A stretch of DNA of 53,828 bases, taken from contig JBHLLF010000007.1 in NCBI GenBank assembly GCA_048885865.1, positions 62,776-116,603 of the forward strand, written 5' to 3'. Within the stretch, counting starts at the first letter, position 1. Every line of letters starts with the position of its first letter. The position numbers were made by a program, and so were the translations under genes. Under the pieces are notes generated by a model, which did no database searches, had not been told where the DNA came from, and saw nothing but the letters and a program-made list of their open reading frames with translations. This DNA is from Candidatus Hermodarchaeota archaeon. Lineage in GTDB: Archaea; Asgardarchaeota; Thorarchaeia; Thorarchaeales; Thorarchaeaceae. Positions 29,051 through 38,716 of this stretch are shown here, piece by piece.

Positions 29051-29998
29051 ATGATAGAATTCGAAATTGAAGGAATCAAGGAAATCGACATTGATGAAAT
29101 CAGTCAGTTAATACTCGACGTGAAGAGATCTAAGGGAGAATGGAGTGACAACGTGGACCTGGAAAGAGTGAAGCAGGTCTTTCTACGAAACTTCGAAGAT
29201 ACTGAAGATTCAGCTCTATTGGCAAGGGAGCAAGGGAAGCTCATCGGTCTCATTGTGATTCATTTTGATGATAAAAAAACGATTGAGATGAACCCGTGGT
29301 TTCTAGGCGGACATCCGCTTGTGTACCACAAGATTGGTGTGCCCAAATTAGGCTCAAGCATGATTCAGAGAATCAAGGAATATGCTGAGTCAATAAACAC
29401 CGTGAGAGTGAATGTTCATTTCATGAAAGATGACTCGCCTCTACCAAGAATGTATGAGGAGCTGGGGATGACACTTTTTGAAGAGGTGACTCATCTTAGA
29501 GCAACATTATCAGACTTAGAAACTATTCCAGTTTCATCTTCTGAGGTAGACATAATCCCCCTTCACGATGCGCCAATGAAGAACCTCTATGCTTGCTGGT
29601 ATGCTTCTTTTCAGAGCGGCCAGGACCGGAGCTTCTTCACAAGAACAGAGGAACAGAATCGAACCCACTTCGAAGAGATGTTCGATATGGATGACTATGA
29701 CAATCGAGCATCCATAGCTCTGATGAATAGTGAACAGGTAGTAGGCTTTGCCTTGGTCAAACAGACGCATGGAGAAAATAACGGTCACATATGGGAACTT
29801 GGAGTCCATCCTGACTTCAAGCGGAGGGGATATGCCAAGTTGATGTTGACGGCCGTGAAGGACAGACTTCTCGAAGAAGGGAAGGAAACAATAAGCCTGA
29901 ACTGTGATACATCAAATGAACCAGCAATGAGATTATATTATGGCTATAATTTCGAGGAAATCTGGACGCAAATTGGATACACATGGATTCTTGAATAG
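29051..29998 (+). CDS. Tandem GNAT N-acetyltransferase
   Basis: ELGVHPDFKRRGYA..NEPAMRLY; N-terminal GNAT-like half. Confidence 0.88.
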   Translation: MIEFEIEGIKEIDIDEISQLILDVKRSKGEWSDNVDLERVKQVFLRNFEDTEDSALLAREQGKLIGLIVIHFDDKKTIEMNPWFLGGHPLVYHKIGVPKLGSSMIQRIKEYAESINTVRVNVHFMKDDSPLPRMYEELGMTLFEEVTHLRATLSDLETIPVSSSEVDIIPLHDAPMKNLYACWYASFQSGQDRSFFTRTEEQNRTHFEEMFDMDDYDNRASIALMNSEQVVGFALVKQTHGENNGHIWELGVHPDFKRRGYAKLMLTAVKDRLLEEGKETISLNCDTSNEPAMRLYYGYNFEEIWTQIGYTWILE

Positions 29999-30052
29999 CA
30001 GAATAACATCCTCTTTCGAAGAGGTTTTTTACTAATTTTCACAATCGTTATC

Positions 30053-30460
30053 ATGGTAGAAATGGTAGAGAAATCAGAAGAGGAATGGAAACTGACGCTC
30101 AGTCCCGAACAGTTCAAAGTCCTCAGACAGTGTGGAACGGAACCCCCATTCAGTGGGAAATATGTGTATCACAAAGAGGACGGTGTCTACGTTTGCGCTG
30201 GATGCGGAAACGAACTCTTCTCATCAGAAACGAAGTTTGAATCAGGGAGTGGATGGCCCAGCTTTTGGGAGAAACTCTCTGAGGAGAGTGTGGACCTCAA
30301 GCCAGACAATAGCTATGGAATGAGGAGGACTGAGGTGGTCTGTAAGAATTGCGGAGGCCACCTAGGACATGTGTTTGATGATGGTCCCAATCCAACAGGA
30401 CTTAGATATTGTATTAACTCATTATCCTTGGGCTTTAAGGAGGCTGATTCCTCGGATTAA
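30053..30460 (+). CDS. msrB: Peptide-methionine (R)-S-oxide reductase MsrB (Cys, Zn-binding)
   Basis: [40 protein letters not shown]. Confidence 0.97.
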   Translation: MVEMVEKSEEEWKLTLSPEQFKVLRQCGTEPPFSGKYVYHKEDGVYVCAGCGNELFSSETKFESGSGWPSFWEKLSEESVDLKPDNSYGMRRTEVVCKNCGGHLGHVFDDGPNPTGLRYCINSLSLGFKEADSSD

Positions 30461-30517
30461 GCCCTGGTTTCAATGAAACTTATAGCAAACCATTGATTCA
30501 CCGCAATTGGTGAAGAT

Positions 30518-31351
30518 ATGGCACGATGGGAGAAACAGAAGATTGTAGTTGAAGAAACACCAACACCCATCACAAAGGACCATATTGCCCAAGATTTGAC
30601 TCGAATAGGCCTCCACTCAGGAGATGTGGTTGTCGTTCATAGCTCTCTGAGTAGAATAGGGTGGGTTGTTGGAGGGCCAGTGACAGTCATCAACGCTCTA
30701 ATGGAAGTAGTCTCGGATGAAGGCACGATTGTCATGCCCACGCACTCGTCCGGGAATAGTGAACCCTCTCATTGGGTGGCCCCGCCAGTACCTGAAGAAT
30801 GGTGGCCAATCATTCGCAATGAGATGCCAGCCTATCAATCATCAATTACGCCCGCTGATAGCGTTGGAATAATACCAGAGGTGTTCCGTGGGTTCCCAGC
30901 TGTATTTCGCAGCATGCATCCTCAGGCATCCGTTGCAGCATGGGGAAGGCATGCTGAAGAAGTCGTGAAGACACACAGATTGGATGTGGCATTTGGAGAA
31001 GATAGTCCTTGGGGCAAGCTCTATGATCTTCATGCAAAGGTTTTACTTCTTGGTGCAGGTCATGACTCGAACACGGCACTCCACCTTGCTGAAGTTAAAG
31101 CAGCACTGCCTAATCATCCCACAGAACTGCAGGGTGCTGCTGTGATTGAAAATGGAAGACGCGAATGGAAAGCATGGACTGAAATCCAGTACTACTTTGA
31201 AGACTTCAAGCAGATTGGTCAGGCATTCGAAGAATCTATTGGGTACCAGCCAGACAAGATTGGCCAAGCAGAGAGTCGACTTCTCTCGATGCGGGCCATG
31301 GTGGATTTTGCTGTCAATTGGCTTCATGCGAACAGGAAATATCATCCCTAG
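30518..31351 (+). CDS. AAC(3)/YokD-family N-acetyltransferase
   Basis: VVHSSLSRIGWVVGG, GTIVMPTH, RSMHP, NTALHLAE. Confidence 0.92.
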   Translation: MARWEKQKIVVEETPTPITKDHIAQDLTRIGLHSGDVVVVHSSLSRIGWVVGGPVTVINALMEVVSDEGTIVMPTHSSGNSEPSHWVAPPVPEEWWPIIRNEMPAYQSSITPADSVGIIPEVFRGFPAVFRSMHPQASVAAWGRHAEEVVKTHRLDVAFGEDSPWGKLYDLHAKVLLLGAGHDSNTALHLAEVKAALPNHPTELQGAAVIENGRREWKAWTEIQYYFEDFKQIGQAFEESIGYQPDKIGQAESRLLSMRAMVDFAVNWLHANRKYHP

Positions 31352-31360
31352 TTCCTGTAG

Positions 31361-32044
31361 CTATTCCTTCTTGTAGTTGTAGAATGGCCCGTCGTGGCCA
31401 GGTATGATGAAATCAGCTATGTCGATTATTCTCTGAAAAGAGGCCTTTAGCTCAACAATATGCTTTTCCATTCGTTGATTTGGGAAAAAAGTTTCAGTGT
31501 GGTAGTACATCTTGGAAACAATTGAGTCTCCGGCAGCCACAAACACTTTCTTCTTGTGATTGATCAGGACCGAGTGGTCGTGATCGGAATGGCCTGCTGT
31601 ATCAATGATGGATATCCCTGAATGCCAGTCGTCCCCCTCCTTGAGTCGCATGGTCTCGTTGTCTGCAGATATAGTTGCCATTCTGTCCCTTATGTCCTGA
31701 GGTTGACAACCGGCGAAGACAATACGTGCTTGAGGGAAAAGAGGAATATTGAGAAAGTGGTCGGCGTGCCAGTGAGTGATGAATATCTCATCGATATCCT
31801 TGGGTGTGAGACCGTAGTATTGCAGTTCTAGGATAAGTCGGTTGATTTCTGCTTCCAATGGCTCCCATCCAGTATCGATTAGGATATTCAATCCATCAGT
31901 CCTAACAAGAGTCACTGTAGCAAGGCTGAAGGTTCCTAGCAACTGCTCCCAGCTGCGATGCTTGTCATCATCATATTGATAATGCCAGGCCTCAGGATCA
32001 CGAAGCGTAGTCCCGGACCTCAGAATCTTGATTTCATCCACCAT
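31361..32044 (-). CDS. Metallo-beta-lactamase-fold hydrolase
   Basis: LIDTG, THWHADH, AGHS, AGD, IIPGHD. Confidence 0.9.
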   Translation of the reverse strand: MVDEIKILRSGTTLRDPEAWHYQYDDDKHRSWEQLLGTFSLATVTLVRTDGLNILIDTGWEPLEAEINRLILELQYYGLTPKDIDEIFITHWHADHFLNIPLFPQARIVFAGCQPQDIRDRMATISADNETMRLKEGDDWHSGISIIDTAGHSDHDHSVLINHKKKVFVAAGDSIVSKMYYHTETFFPNQRMEKHIVELKASFQRIIDIADFIIPGHDGPFYNYKKE

Positions 32045-32128
32045 GGCATTCAATGCGATGCACCGAGCTATGCTAGAGCATCATGCCTATCAAGTCTTAC
32101 CTAAACGCAGCGAACAATCGTCGTGTCT

Positions 32129-33136
32129 TTATGAGTCGCTTCTGTATCGAAGTCGTTCTCTGACCTCTTTATCCAGGACTACAATTGGTACATCCTGTGC
32201 CATTTCCTTCATATCATCCAGAATCTCTAGGTCGAGCTCATACTCTTTGGCAAATTCTTCAGCAAAGGACCCATCTTGAATCTCTTCAAGTGACTTCTGC
32301 ATCTGCTCGCGGAGCTCGGGATTGGCATAACGAATCCCTCTAGACATGCTTCCATACTGACTCGTTGGAGAGTGAAGTTCCAGCTGCTTTAGAGTGCCCA
32401 TCTTAGCTATCTTTTCCATTGTATAAGCAAGTTCACCGGACATGTAAAGCTCAACGAGAACAGCTTCAGGGGGATATCCAGCTTCAACTGCAACATCCAC
32501 TGCTGTTGTAAGAACTTGGCCAAAAGCGGGACCAAAACACTGCTCATTGAATAAGTCAAGCTCGGTTTCCTGCCTGAAGCCAACCTCTAGAATAGCTCCA
32601 CCCGACTTTGTGGCTCCAATCCCTTTAGAGAGGGCAAGGGCGTACTGCTTCGCCTTTCCGGAAAAATCACTATGAACGCCAATGAAGACGTGAAAGCCCC
32701 TGTCATTCTCAAAGGCGTTCCTAACTCCAGCTCCAATCATGCGTGGTGCAACCAGAATGACATCATTCTCAGCAGGCAGTGTGATTCGTTCAAAGGTGAC
32801 ATTATAGCCCGAAGCAAAACATAGAATCTTGTCGGGAGTCATTTCAGGAAGAATCTCAGCCTCGAAGATACTTGGTTGTGCTTCATCTGGAATGAGAAGC
32901 ATGATGAAACGTGCTCGTTTGACTGCTTCCTTTATCTCAAGGACTTCGAACCCATCTGATTTGGCGGTCTCCCAGTAGTCATCACGGATGTTGCCCACAA
33001 CTACATCCATGCCCGAGTCCCTGAGGTTTTGTGCCTGAGCCCTCCCTTGGTTTCCGTATCCTATGATCGCTATGACGCCATCCAGGAGTGAGATATCAGC
33101 ATCCTCGTCAAAGAAGACTGGTGTTGCATCTGTCAT
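32129..33136 (-). CDS. ilvC: Ketol-acid reductoisomerase
   Basis: IIGYGNQGRAQAQNLRDSG, LLIPDE, VAPRMIG, ETELDLFNEQ, SPTSQYG. Confidence 0.9.
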   Translation of the reverse strand: MTDATPVFFDEDADISLLDGVIAIIGYGNQGRAQAQNLRDSGMDVVVGNIRDDYWETAKSDGFEVLEIKEAVKRARFIMLLIPDEAQPSIFEAEILPEMTPDKILCFASGYNVTFERITLPAENDVILVAPRMIGAGVRNAFENDRGFHVFIGVHSDFSGKAKQYALALSKGIGATKSGGAILEVGFRQETELDLFNEQCFGPAFGQVLTTAVDVAVEAGYPPEAVLVELYMSGELAYTMEKIAKMGTLKQLELHSPTSQYGSMSRGIRYANPELREQMQKSLEEIQDGSFAEEFAKEYELDLEILDDMKEMAQDVPIVVLDKEVRERLRYRSDS

Positions 33137-33184
33137 ATTGAGCACGAGGTAAGATTTGAGAAGCGGGATATCACTGTACCGGAT

Positions 33185-34684
33185 TCATCGCCCTTGATTC
33201 TCAAGTAAGGTCTTCAGTTCAGATCTCGCTTTCTCGTTCTCCTTGTCATAACGAAGAGCTGTCAGAAAGGCATACTCTGCATCCTCGTGTTGGCCTAATA
33301 GAACTAAGGACTTTCCAAGACCATACCAAGAGTCAGAGTTGTCTTCTCTTTGCTTTATAGATGTTCGAAACGCCTTTTCGGCCTCCTTAGGTGCTCCCAT
33401 CTCGGTCAGGACATGGCCCAACTCAGCCCAGCCACCCGCATCATGGGGTTCAAGACGAACAACTGTCTGGGCAGCTTCATGGGCTTCCTTTGTCTGACCC
33501 AATTCCTTCAAGACGGCAGCAAGATTTCGCCAAGCATCCATGAGTGTTGGATCGTACATAGTTGCCTTTTGGTATGCTTCCGCGGACTCCTCCAATGTCC
33601 CGAGTTCTCTCAATAGCATCCCAAGCTCCATCCACGTGACGGCACTAGTTTCTTGAAGGTCTGCAGCTTTATGCACAGCTTTCGTGGCTTCTTCTGTCTT
33701 GCCGAGGTCCCGCAATACTTCCCCAAGAGCCACCCAGCTTTTAGTCATGGAAGGATCAATTTCGAGTGTCTTTCGCAAAGCAACTTCTGCATCATCCAAT
33801 TTGCCTTCCATTCGCAGAAGGGCAGCAAGATTGCTCCATGCCAATGAATAGTCAGATCGCAATTCCAGAGCTTGCCTCAATGATTTTTCACCCTCCTCAA
33901 GCTTGTCCATCCTTATGAGAGCCGCACCTAGGTTGCACCAAGACTCTGGATTCTTGGGAGCCTTGTTTGTGGCTTCGCGAAAAGCATTCTCTGATTCCTT
34001 GGTGCGCCCAAGACTAAGCAATACTGAGCCTAATCTATACCATGTCCTGCCATTTTGACTGTCAAGGGAAATCGATTGTCTTAATGCGTCAAGAGCATTT
34101 TCAAAACGGCCCGTTTTCGCCAACAGACGGCCATATTCGGACCAAGCTTCAGCGCTCTCTCGATCTCGTTCGATAGCCTTCTTCATCGACTCTTCCGCTT
34201 CATCAAACCGCTCCATGTCTACAAGGGCTTCGCCAATCCTAAGCCATGTTTCATGTGATTCCGACCCTAGCTTGATTGCCTCCTGTAGGGCTAACTTGCT
34301 GTCTGCCAGACTTCCTTTCTGCTGATGGATTATTGCAAGCTGTATCCATGCATTCACGTTTTCGGGATCGAGTGTGAGGGCTTTTCTGATGATATTCTCT
34401 GAACCCTCAATGTCCTCTTTTTCTTGGAGAAGCTCACTCAGTCTGCACCATGCTTCGATATAGTCAGGACTAGCACTGATGGCGTTCCTTGATGCGCTCT
34501 CTGCCTCTTCTAGAGCTCCACGTTCAATGAGAAGACCCGATAGATGATGCCAACCAGAAGTGGAATTTGGATCAAGTTCGACAGCTTTGCGAAACGCGTC
34601 TTCAGCAGATTTGTAATCGGAGTCACGAACAAAGGATTCGCCCTTCCTGAGCCAAAAAGCAGAGTCTTGATTCTCATCAGTCAT
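33185..34684 (-). CDS. Tetratricopeptide repeat protein (about 14 TPRs)
   Basis: Regular 34-aa AW.xLG..L...G..EEA..A...A repeats. Confidence 0.92.
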   Translation of the reverse strand: MTDENQDSAFWLRKGESFVRDSDYKSAEDAFRKAVELDPNSTSGWHHLSGLLIERGALEEAESASRNAISASPDYIEAWCRLSELLQEKEDIEGSENIIRKALTLDPENVNAWIQLAIIHQQKGSLADSKLALQEAIKLGSESHETWLRIGEALVDMERFDEAEESMKKAIERDRESAEAWSEYGRLLAKTGRFENALDALRQSISLDSQNGRTWYRLGSVLLSLGRTKESENAFREATNKAPKNPESWCNLGAALIRMDKLEEGEKSLRQALELRSDYSLAWSNLAALLRMEGKLDDAEVALRKTLEIDPSMTKSWVALGEVLRDLGKTEEATKAVHKAADLQETSAVTWMELGMLLRELGTLEESAEAYQKATMYDPTLMDAWRNLAAVLKELGQTKEAHEAAQTVVRLEPHDAGGWAELGHVLTEMGAPKEAEKAFRTSIKQREDNSDSWYGLGKSLVLLGQHEDAEYAFLTALRYDKENEKARSELKTLLENQGR

Positions 34685-34761
34685 TCAATACACCCTCATG
34701 ACTAAAGCCCAGCTAGGCATTCACGAAAGCGATTCTTAGGTTTTTGGGCGGCCTTGAATGT

Positions 34762-34971
34762 TCAAGAGAGCCGGCCGCGCAGGCTATTGATGAATGCCTC
34801 TTCGTCCTCAGCGAGATTCTTCTTGACTCTTCTCCAAGTACTGGAGCAATCCTTGTAATCCACACCCATCATCTCGTGGATCACTTTGTCAATGTCACGC
34901 TTGTTCTCTTTAGTGACTTCTATACCAATCTCCCCAAAGATGCGACTCATGTGTCTAAAATAGCATGTCAT
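34762..34971 (-). CDS. Conserved small protein (MTCYF family), paralog 2
   Basis: MTCYFRHM..GIEVTKEN..IH..VDYKDCSSTW. Confidence 0.8.
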   Translation of the reverse strand: MTCYFRHMSRIFGEIGIEVTKENKRDIDKVIHEMMGVDYKDCSSTWRRVKKNLAEDEEAFINSLRGRLS

Positions 34972-34982
34972 TCTAATCACTC

Positions 34983-35168
34983 TCATGAAGGTGCGTAGTA
35001 GCATCGTTTTGGCGAAATCAACTTTCCTTCTTTTTGCAGCAACTTGATAATCTTAGAAACCTCCGGCTTGTCAATTCCTGTGATTTCAGCAACATCGCCA
35101 GCTCTGAGTGGCTTATCAGCTTCTTTGAACGCTTTGAATACCTTTTTTGAATCAGCTATCTGGGCCAC
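34983..35168 (-). CDS. Small (~60 aa) winged-helix DNA-binding protein
   Basis: KPLRAGDVAEITGIDKPEVSKIIKLLQKEGKLISPKRCYY; start is GTG 35168 or ATA 35159. Confidence 0.82.
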   Translation of the reverse strand: MAQIADSKKVFKAFKEADKPLRAGDVAEITGIDKPEVSKIIKLLQKEGKLISPKRCYYAPS

Positions 35169-35232
35169 CTCAACTTTGCAAAGTTCACCCGACATATAAG
35201 GCGAGTGCACCATAACCACTCGGTGATTTTCT

Positions 35233-35631
35233 TTGGGCAAGGCGATAGGTATTGGTGGCGCATTCTTTAGGGCAAAGAACCCCAAGAAGCTCCAAGCATG
35301 GTATGAAGAACATCTTGGATTTGAGCCCGACAAAGAGGGGTATATCTACTTTAGATGGCCCAAGCAGGCGGGGTTGAATCCAAATGCGTATACACTATGG
35401 GGACCATTTCAAGAAGATACGAAATACTTTGGGTCAGAGGATCAGCATTTCATGATCAACTTCGTGGTTGATGACCTAGATGCAATACTAGGCAAGCTGA
35501 GAGATAAGGGAGTAGAGGTAGACGATCACATAGAGGAACACAATGAGGGTAGATTTGGATGGTTTATTGACCCTGAGGGCAATCGGATGGAGCTATGGGA
35601 GCCGCCAAAGACTTCTTCGAAGGCGGAATAG
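35233..35631 (+). CDS. VOC/glyoxalase family protein
   Basis: GIGGAFF, MINFVVDDLD, GRFGWFIDPEGNRMELW. Confidence 0.92.
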   Translation: MGKAIGIGGAFFRAKNPKKLQAWYEEHLGFEPDKEGYIYFRWPKQAGLNPNAYTLWGPFQEDTKYFGSEDQHFMINFVVDDLDAILGKLRDKGVEVDDHIEEHNEGRFGWFIDPEGNRMELWEPPKTSSKAE

Positions 35632-35691
35632 GCTCATTCAGCAATAAATTTAATATAGTTAAGTCACACCGATGTGTAAGGAGGATGTAAC

Positions 35692-36690
35692 TTGTATTAT
35701 CGAAGAGTAGGCAAGAGTGGCCTAAAGATTAGTGAAGTATCTCTTGGCTCATGGCTGACTTACGGTGGAAGTGTAGAGAAGCAAATCGCCAAGGAATGCA
35801 TGGATACTGCTCTTGAACACGGAATCAACTTCATTGATACAGCTGAGGCGTATGCAGATGGGAAAGCAGAATCAGTGATTGGAGAATGGTTGGTTGAAGA
35901 GAACATTGACAGAACGAACTTGGTGATTTCGAGCAAGGTCTTCTGGCCAACCAGTGATGTGGTCACCGACTGGGGGAACAGTCGCAAAAATATCATGAAT
36001 GCCATCGATGGAACGCTAGAGCGTCTGGGCACAGACCACCTAGACATCTACTTCCTGCACAGGTTTGATACAACAACTCCAATCAAAGAGACCATAGAAA
36101 CTATGGATGACCTTATTCACTCAGGGAAGGTGCGATATTGGGGGACATCAGTATGGACAGCAGCTCAATTGGAGCGTGCCCACGCCATTGCAAAGGAACA
36201 TGGGCTTCAGCGACCAATTGTGGAGCAGCCATTGTATAACATGCTCTTTAGACATATCGAGCTCGAGATCATGCCAGTAGCTAAGAGTCATGGTATGGGA
36301 TTCACAGTTTTCAGTCCGTTGTATCAGGGAATTCTCACTGGTAAATACAATGACGGAATCCCGGAAGATAGCCGCGGAAAGCAGATGAATGGTTTTCTCA
36401 AGTATCTGACTAAAGAAGTTCAACAGAAGATCATCAAGATGACTGCAATCGCGGAGTCGATGGACATCTCAATGACTCAGCTGGCGCTGGCTTGGATACT
36501 CAGACGAAAGGAGATCTCTGCTGTGTTGGTGGGTGCGACAAAACCGGGACAGGTTGTTGAGAATGCGAAGGCATCTGATGTCACTCTTTCCAACACAACA
36601 CTTGATGAGATAGAAGCAATCCTAGATAATGCACCCGAATGGCCTAGGACTTACAGGCCCAATCTGTTCTACGAGGAGAACATGAGATAG
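35692..36690 (+). CDS. Aldo/keto reductase (Kv-beta-like subfamily)
   Basis: GKSGLKISEVSLGSW, DTAEAY, LHRFD, GKVRYWGTS, QLALAW, GAT. Confidence 0.93.
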   Translation: MYYRRVGKSGLKISEVSLGSWLTYGGSVEKQIAKECMDTALEHGINFIDTAEAYADGKAESVIGEWLVEENIDRTNLVISSKVFWPTSDVVTDWGNSRKNIMNAIDGTLERLGTDHLDIYFLHRFDTTTPIKETIETMDDLIHSGKVRYWGTSVWTAAQLERAHAIAKEHGLQRPIVEQPLYNMLFRHIELEIMPVAKSHGMGFTVFSPLYQGILTGKYNDGIPEDSRGKQMNGFLKYLTKEVQQKIIKMTAIAESMDISMTQLALAWILRRKEISAVLVGATKPGQVVENAKASDVTLSNTTLDEIEAILDNAPEWPRTYRPNLFYEENMR

Positions 36691-36817
36691 AAGCAGCAAT
36701 GGAAATCCCCACAGACAATTATGCGAAGATAAGCAGCCCTACCAACGCAATGGTTGAAGAAATGCACCCTAAGCCTCATATTTGACTCAGTAGCTATCGG
36801 TTTCTTTAGGTGAACTC

Positions 36818-38713
36818 ATGGATAGGAGGACAATCCAGAGAAACATCGTTGTACTGGGCCTAGTCATTGCTATAGCTGGGTTCGCATTGCATTTCTCAGT
36901 GCCTGGGACAACTCGAAGTGGATTCAATGTGATAGTTGAGGGCTCAAGCAGTGCTGTTGATCATATCTCGATGGAGCTTGGTGATGCGTACTACGAATTT
37001 GGAATAGAGATGCTACCACCAGAGCAAAGCATAGCTGAGAACACCACTGGATACTTGCTAACGGAAACAGAATATGAGAGGTATATATCAGGCACCCCAA
37101 TTCAAGATGTAGAAGTCCTCCTTGAGTTTGGGAGTGGAGAGAGAACAAGCTATAAGACCTCACTCACGACAGAGCTAGACCTGTATATTGTGTTCTTCAA
37201 CTATGGTCAAGATTCAGCCTCATGGACCTACTACTATGTCATTCTTCCTTCTGGATTCTATCAGTCATTCACGCTGGGATTTTTGGGGCTGTTCATTGCT
37301 ATAGTCGGGGCGGGTTGGATTCTAGATGGATGGAAGAGATACTTTGTGATTGGAATAAGCATCAACCTGGTACTTTTCTTCATCCGCACATTCACCCTTG
37401 CATCCTACAGCCTTGGGCTTCCTGATATCTTCGAGGAATTGATTCATGTTGAGTTGTATAACGACTATCAGTTCTTCTACCTCTCATGGGTGCCGTCGCT
37501 TAGAGAGGGAGCGTGGGCATACTCGAGCGACCTTGCAATCTATCTCTACCCGCCTTTATGGATCCATACGATATCCATCCTTGGTAGCGTTCCCTCTTGG
37601 TTGCCAGGTGTACCGCTCTTCCTCTTCAACGTTGGAACAGGCTATTTTGTATATAGAATTGCGGACTCACTGACAAATGATGAGAGGTATCCAATCTATG
37701 CAATGATGTTATTTCTCCTCAACCCATTTACTCTGTTCTATGGTAGTTTCATGTGGCTGAATCCGACGCCTTATGTCTTCTTCACAATGGCTTCGTTCTT
37801 TCTGGCGCTATCTGAGAAAGAAGAGCTGTCAATTGCAGCAATAGCTGTGGCCACCTTATACAAGCAGTTGGCAGTGGTATTCTTCCCAATCCTCTCCATT
37901 GTCTTGCTGAAGAAACGGTCAGGAAGAAGAATTCTCGAGCATGCTCGTGGATTCATCAAGCATATTGCAATCTACGCAGGTATTGTCCTTCTTGTTTCAG
38001 TACCTTTCCTCATTGTGAGTCCAGAGCTGTACCTAAACCAGGTGCTTCTTTGGAATACGGGACGCTATGAAACTCTCCGTACATTTATTCCAGAGCTCTG
38101 GATGACAGTGCATCTCAACACGTTCTTCCTGTGGCTCGGGATGCCTACATGGTTCACAGATGCTATTGCTTTTCTACTGGCCAACTATGTGTTCCTGATA
38201 ATATGCGGGATTGTGGTCTATGGGACATTTGCCGCCTTTAAACCTCGATTCACCAGTGATGAGAACCAGGTAAGACGGGTTCAGGAGCTTGTCATCCAGG
38301 CGCTTACATGGGGATTTGTTGTAGTGATGTGCGTTCAGCTCTTCTATCCTCGTGGAGCCTACAAGTTCTATCTGCTCGCGCTTGCACCTTTTATCTCAGT
38401 GCTATACGACTACCGCAATCTCGAACTCAATCGAGATCCATCCAGCTTTGAAAAACATCACCTGGTTCCATTGCTCCTCTCGTGGATTGTATTCGTATGC
38501 TATCGATTCGTCTACTTCTGGGTCCTAGGGGCTTGGCTCATCCTTCGCCTATGGAAGAGTGGTAACCTCTCTAGAATTGCTGGAATACTCAAGGTGCTTG
38601 TGCGTCCTCAGTACAAAGAGAGCACCAGTATGTCAGTCTACGAGGAAATCTACGGTGATAGTGATGACCTGGATGAATTCGAAACGCTATCGCAAAGTGA
38701 AAGGGATGAATAG
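36818..38713 (+). CDS. Polytopic GT-C glycosyltransferase (GT87/PIG-M-like) with N-terminal extracellular domain
   Basis: More than 10 TMs; NDYQFFY, YLYPPL, LLNPF, TLYKQ motifs. Confidence 0.68.
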   Translation: MDRRTIQRNIVVLGLVIAIAGFALHFSVPGTTRSGFNVIVEGSSSAVDHISMELGDAYYEFGIEMLPPEQSIAENTTGYLLTETEYERYISGTPIQDVEVLLEFGSGERTSYKTSLTTELDLYIVFFNYGQDSASWTYYYVILPSGFYQSFTLGFLGLFIAIVGAGWILDGWKRYFVIGISINLVLFFIRTFTLASYSLGLPDIFEELIHVELYNDYQFFYLSWVPSLREGAWAYSSDLAIYLYPPLWIHTISILGSVPSWLPGVPLFLFNVGTGYFVYRIADSLTNDERYPIYAMMLFLLNPFTLFYGSFMWLNPTPYVFFTMASFFLALSEKEELSIAAIAVATLYKQLAVVFFPILSIVLLKKRSGRRILEHARGFIKHIAIYAGIVLLVSVPFLIVSPELYLNQVLLWNTGRYETLRTFIPELWMTVHLNTFFLWLGMPTWFTDAIAFLLANYVFLIICGIVVYGTFAAFKPRFTSDENQVRRVQELVIQALTWGFVVVMCVQLFYPRGAYKFYLLALAPFISVLYDYRNLELNRDPSSFEKHHLVPLLLSWIVFVCYRFVYFWVLGAWLILRLWKSGNLSRIAGILKVLVRPQYKESTSMSVYEEIYGDSDDLDEFETLSQSERDE

Positions 38714-38716
38714 GAG

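Noticed and set aside
30053-30460. Selenocysteine MsrB or other TGA readthrough
   Set aside because: The catalytic codon is TGT (Cys). The TGA at 14593 is followed by the antisense of another gene, not an HTH continuation.
30518-31351. Mobile aminoglycoside-resistance gene
   Set aside because: No mobile-element context; YokD-like chromosomal homologs are widespread and the substrate cannot be inferred.
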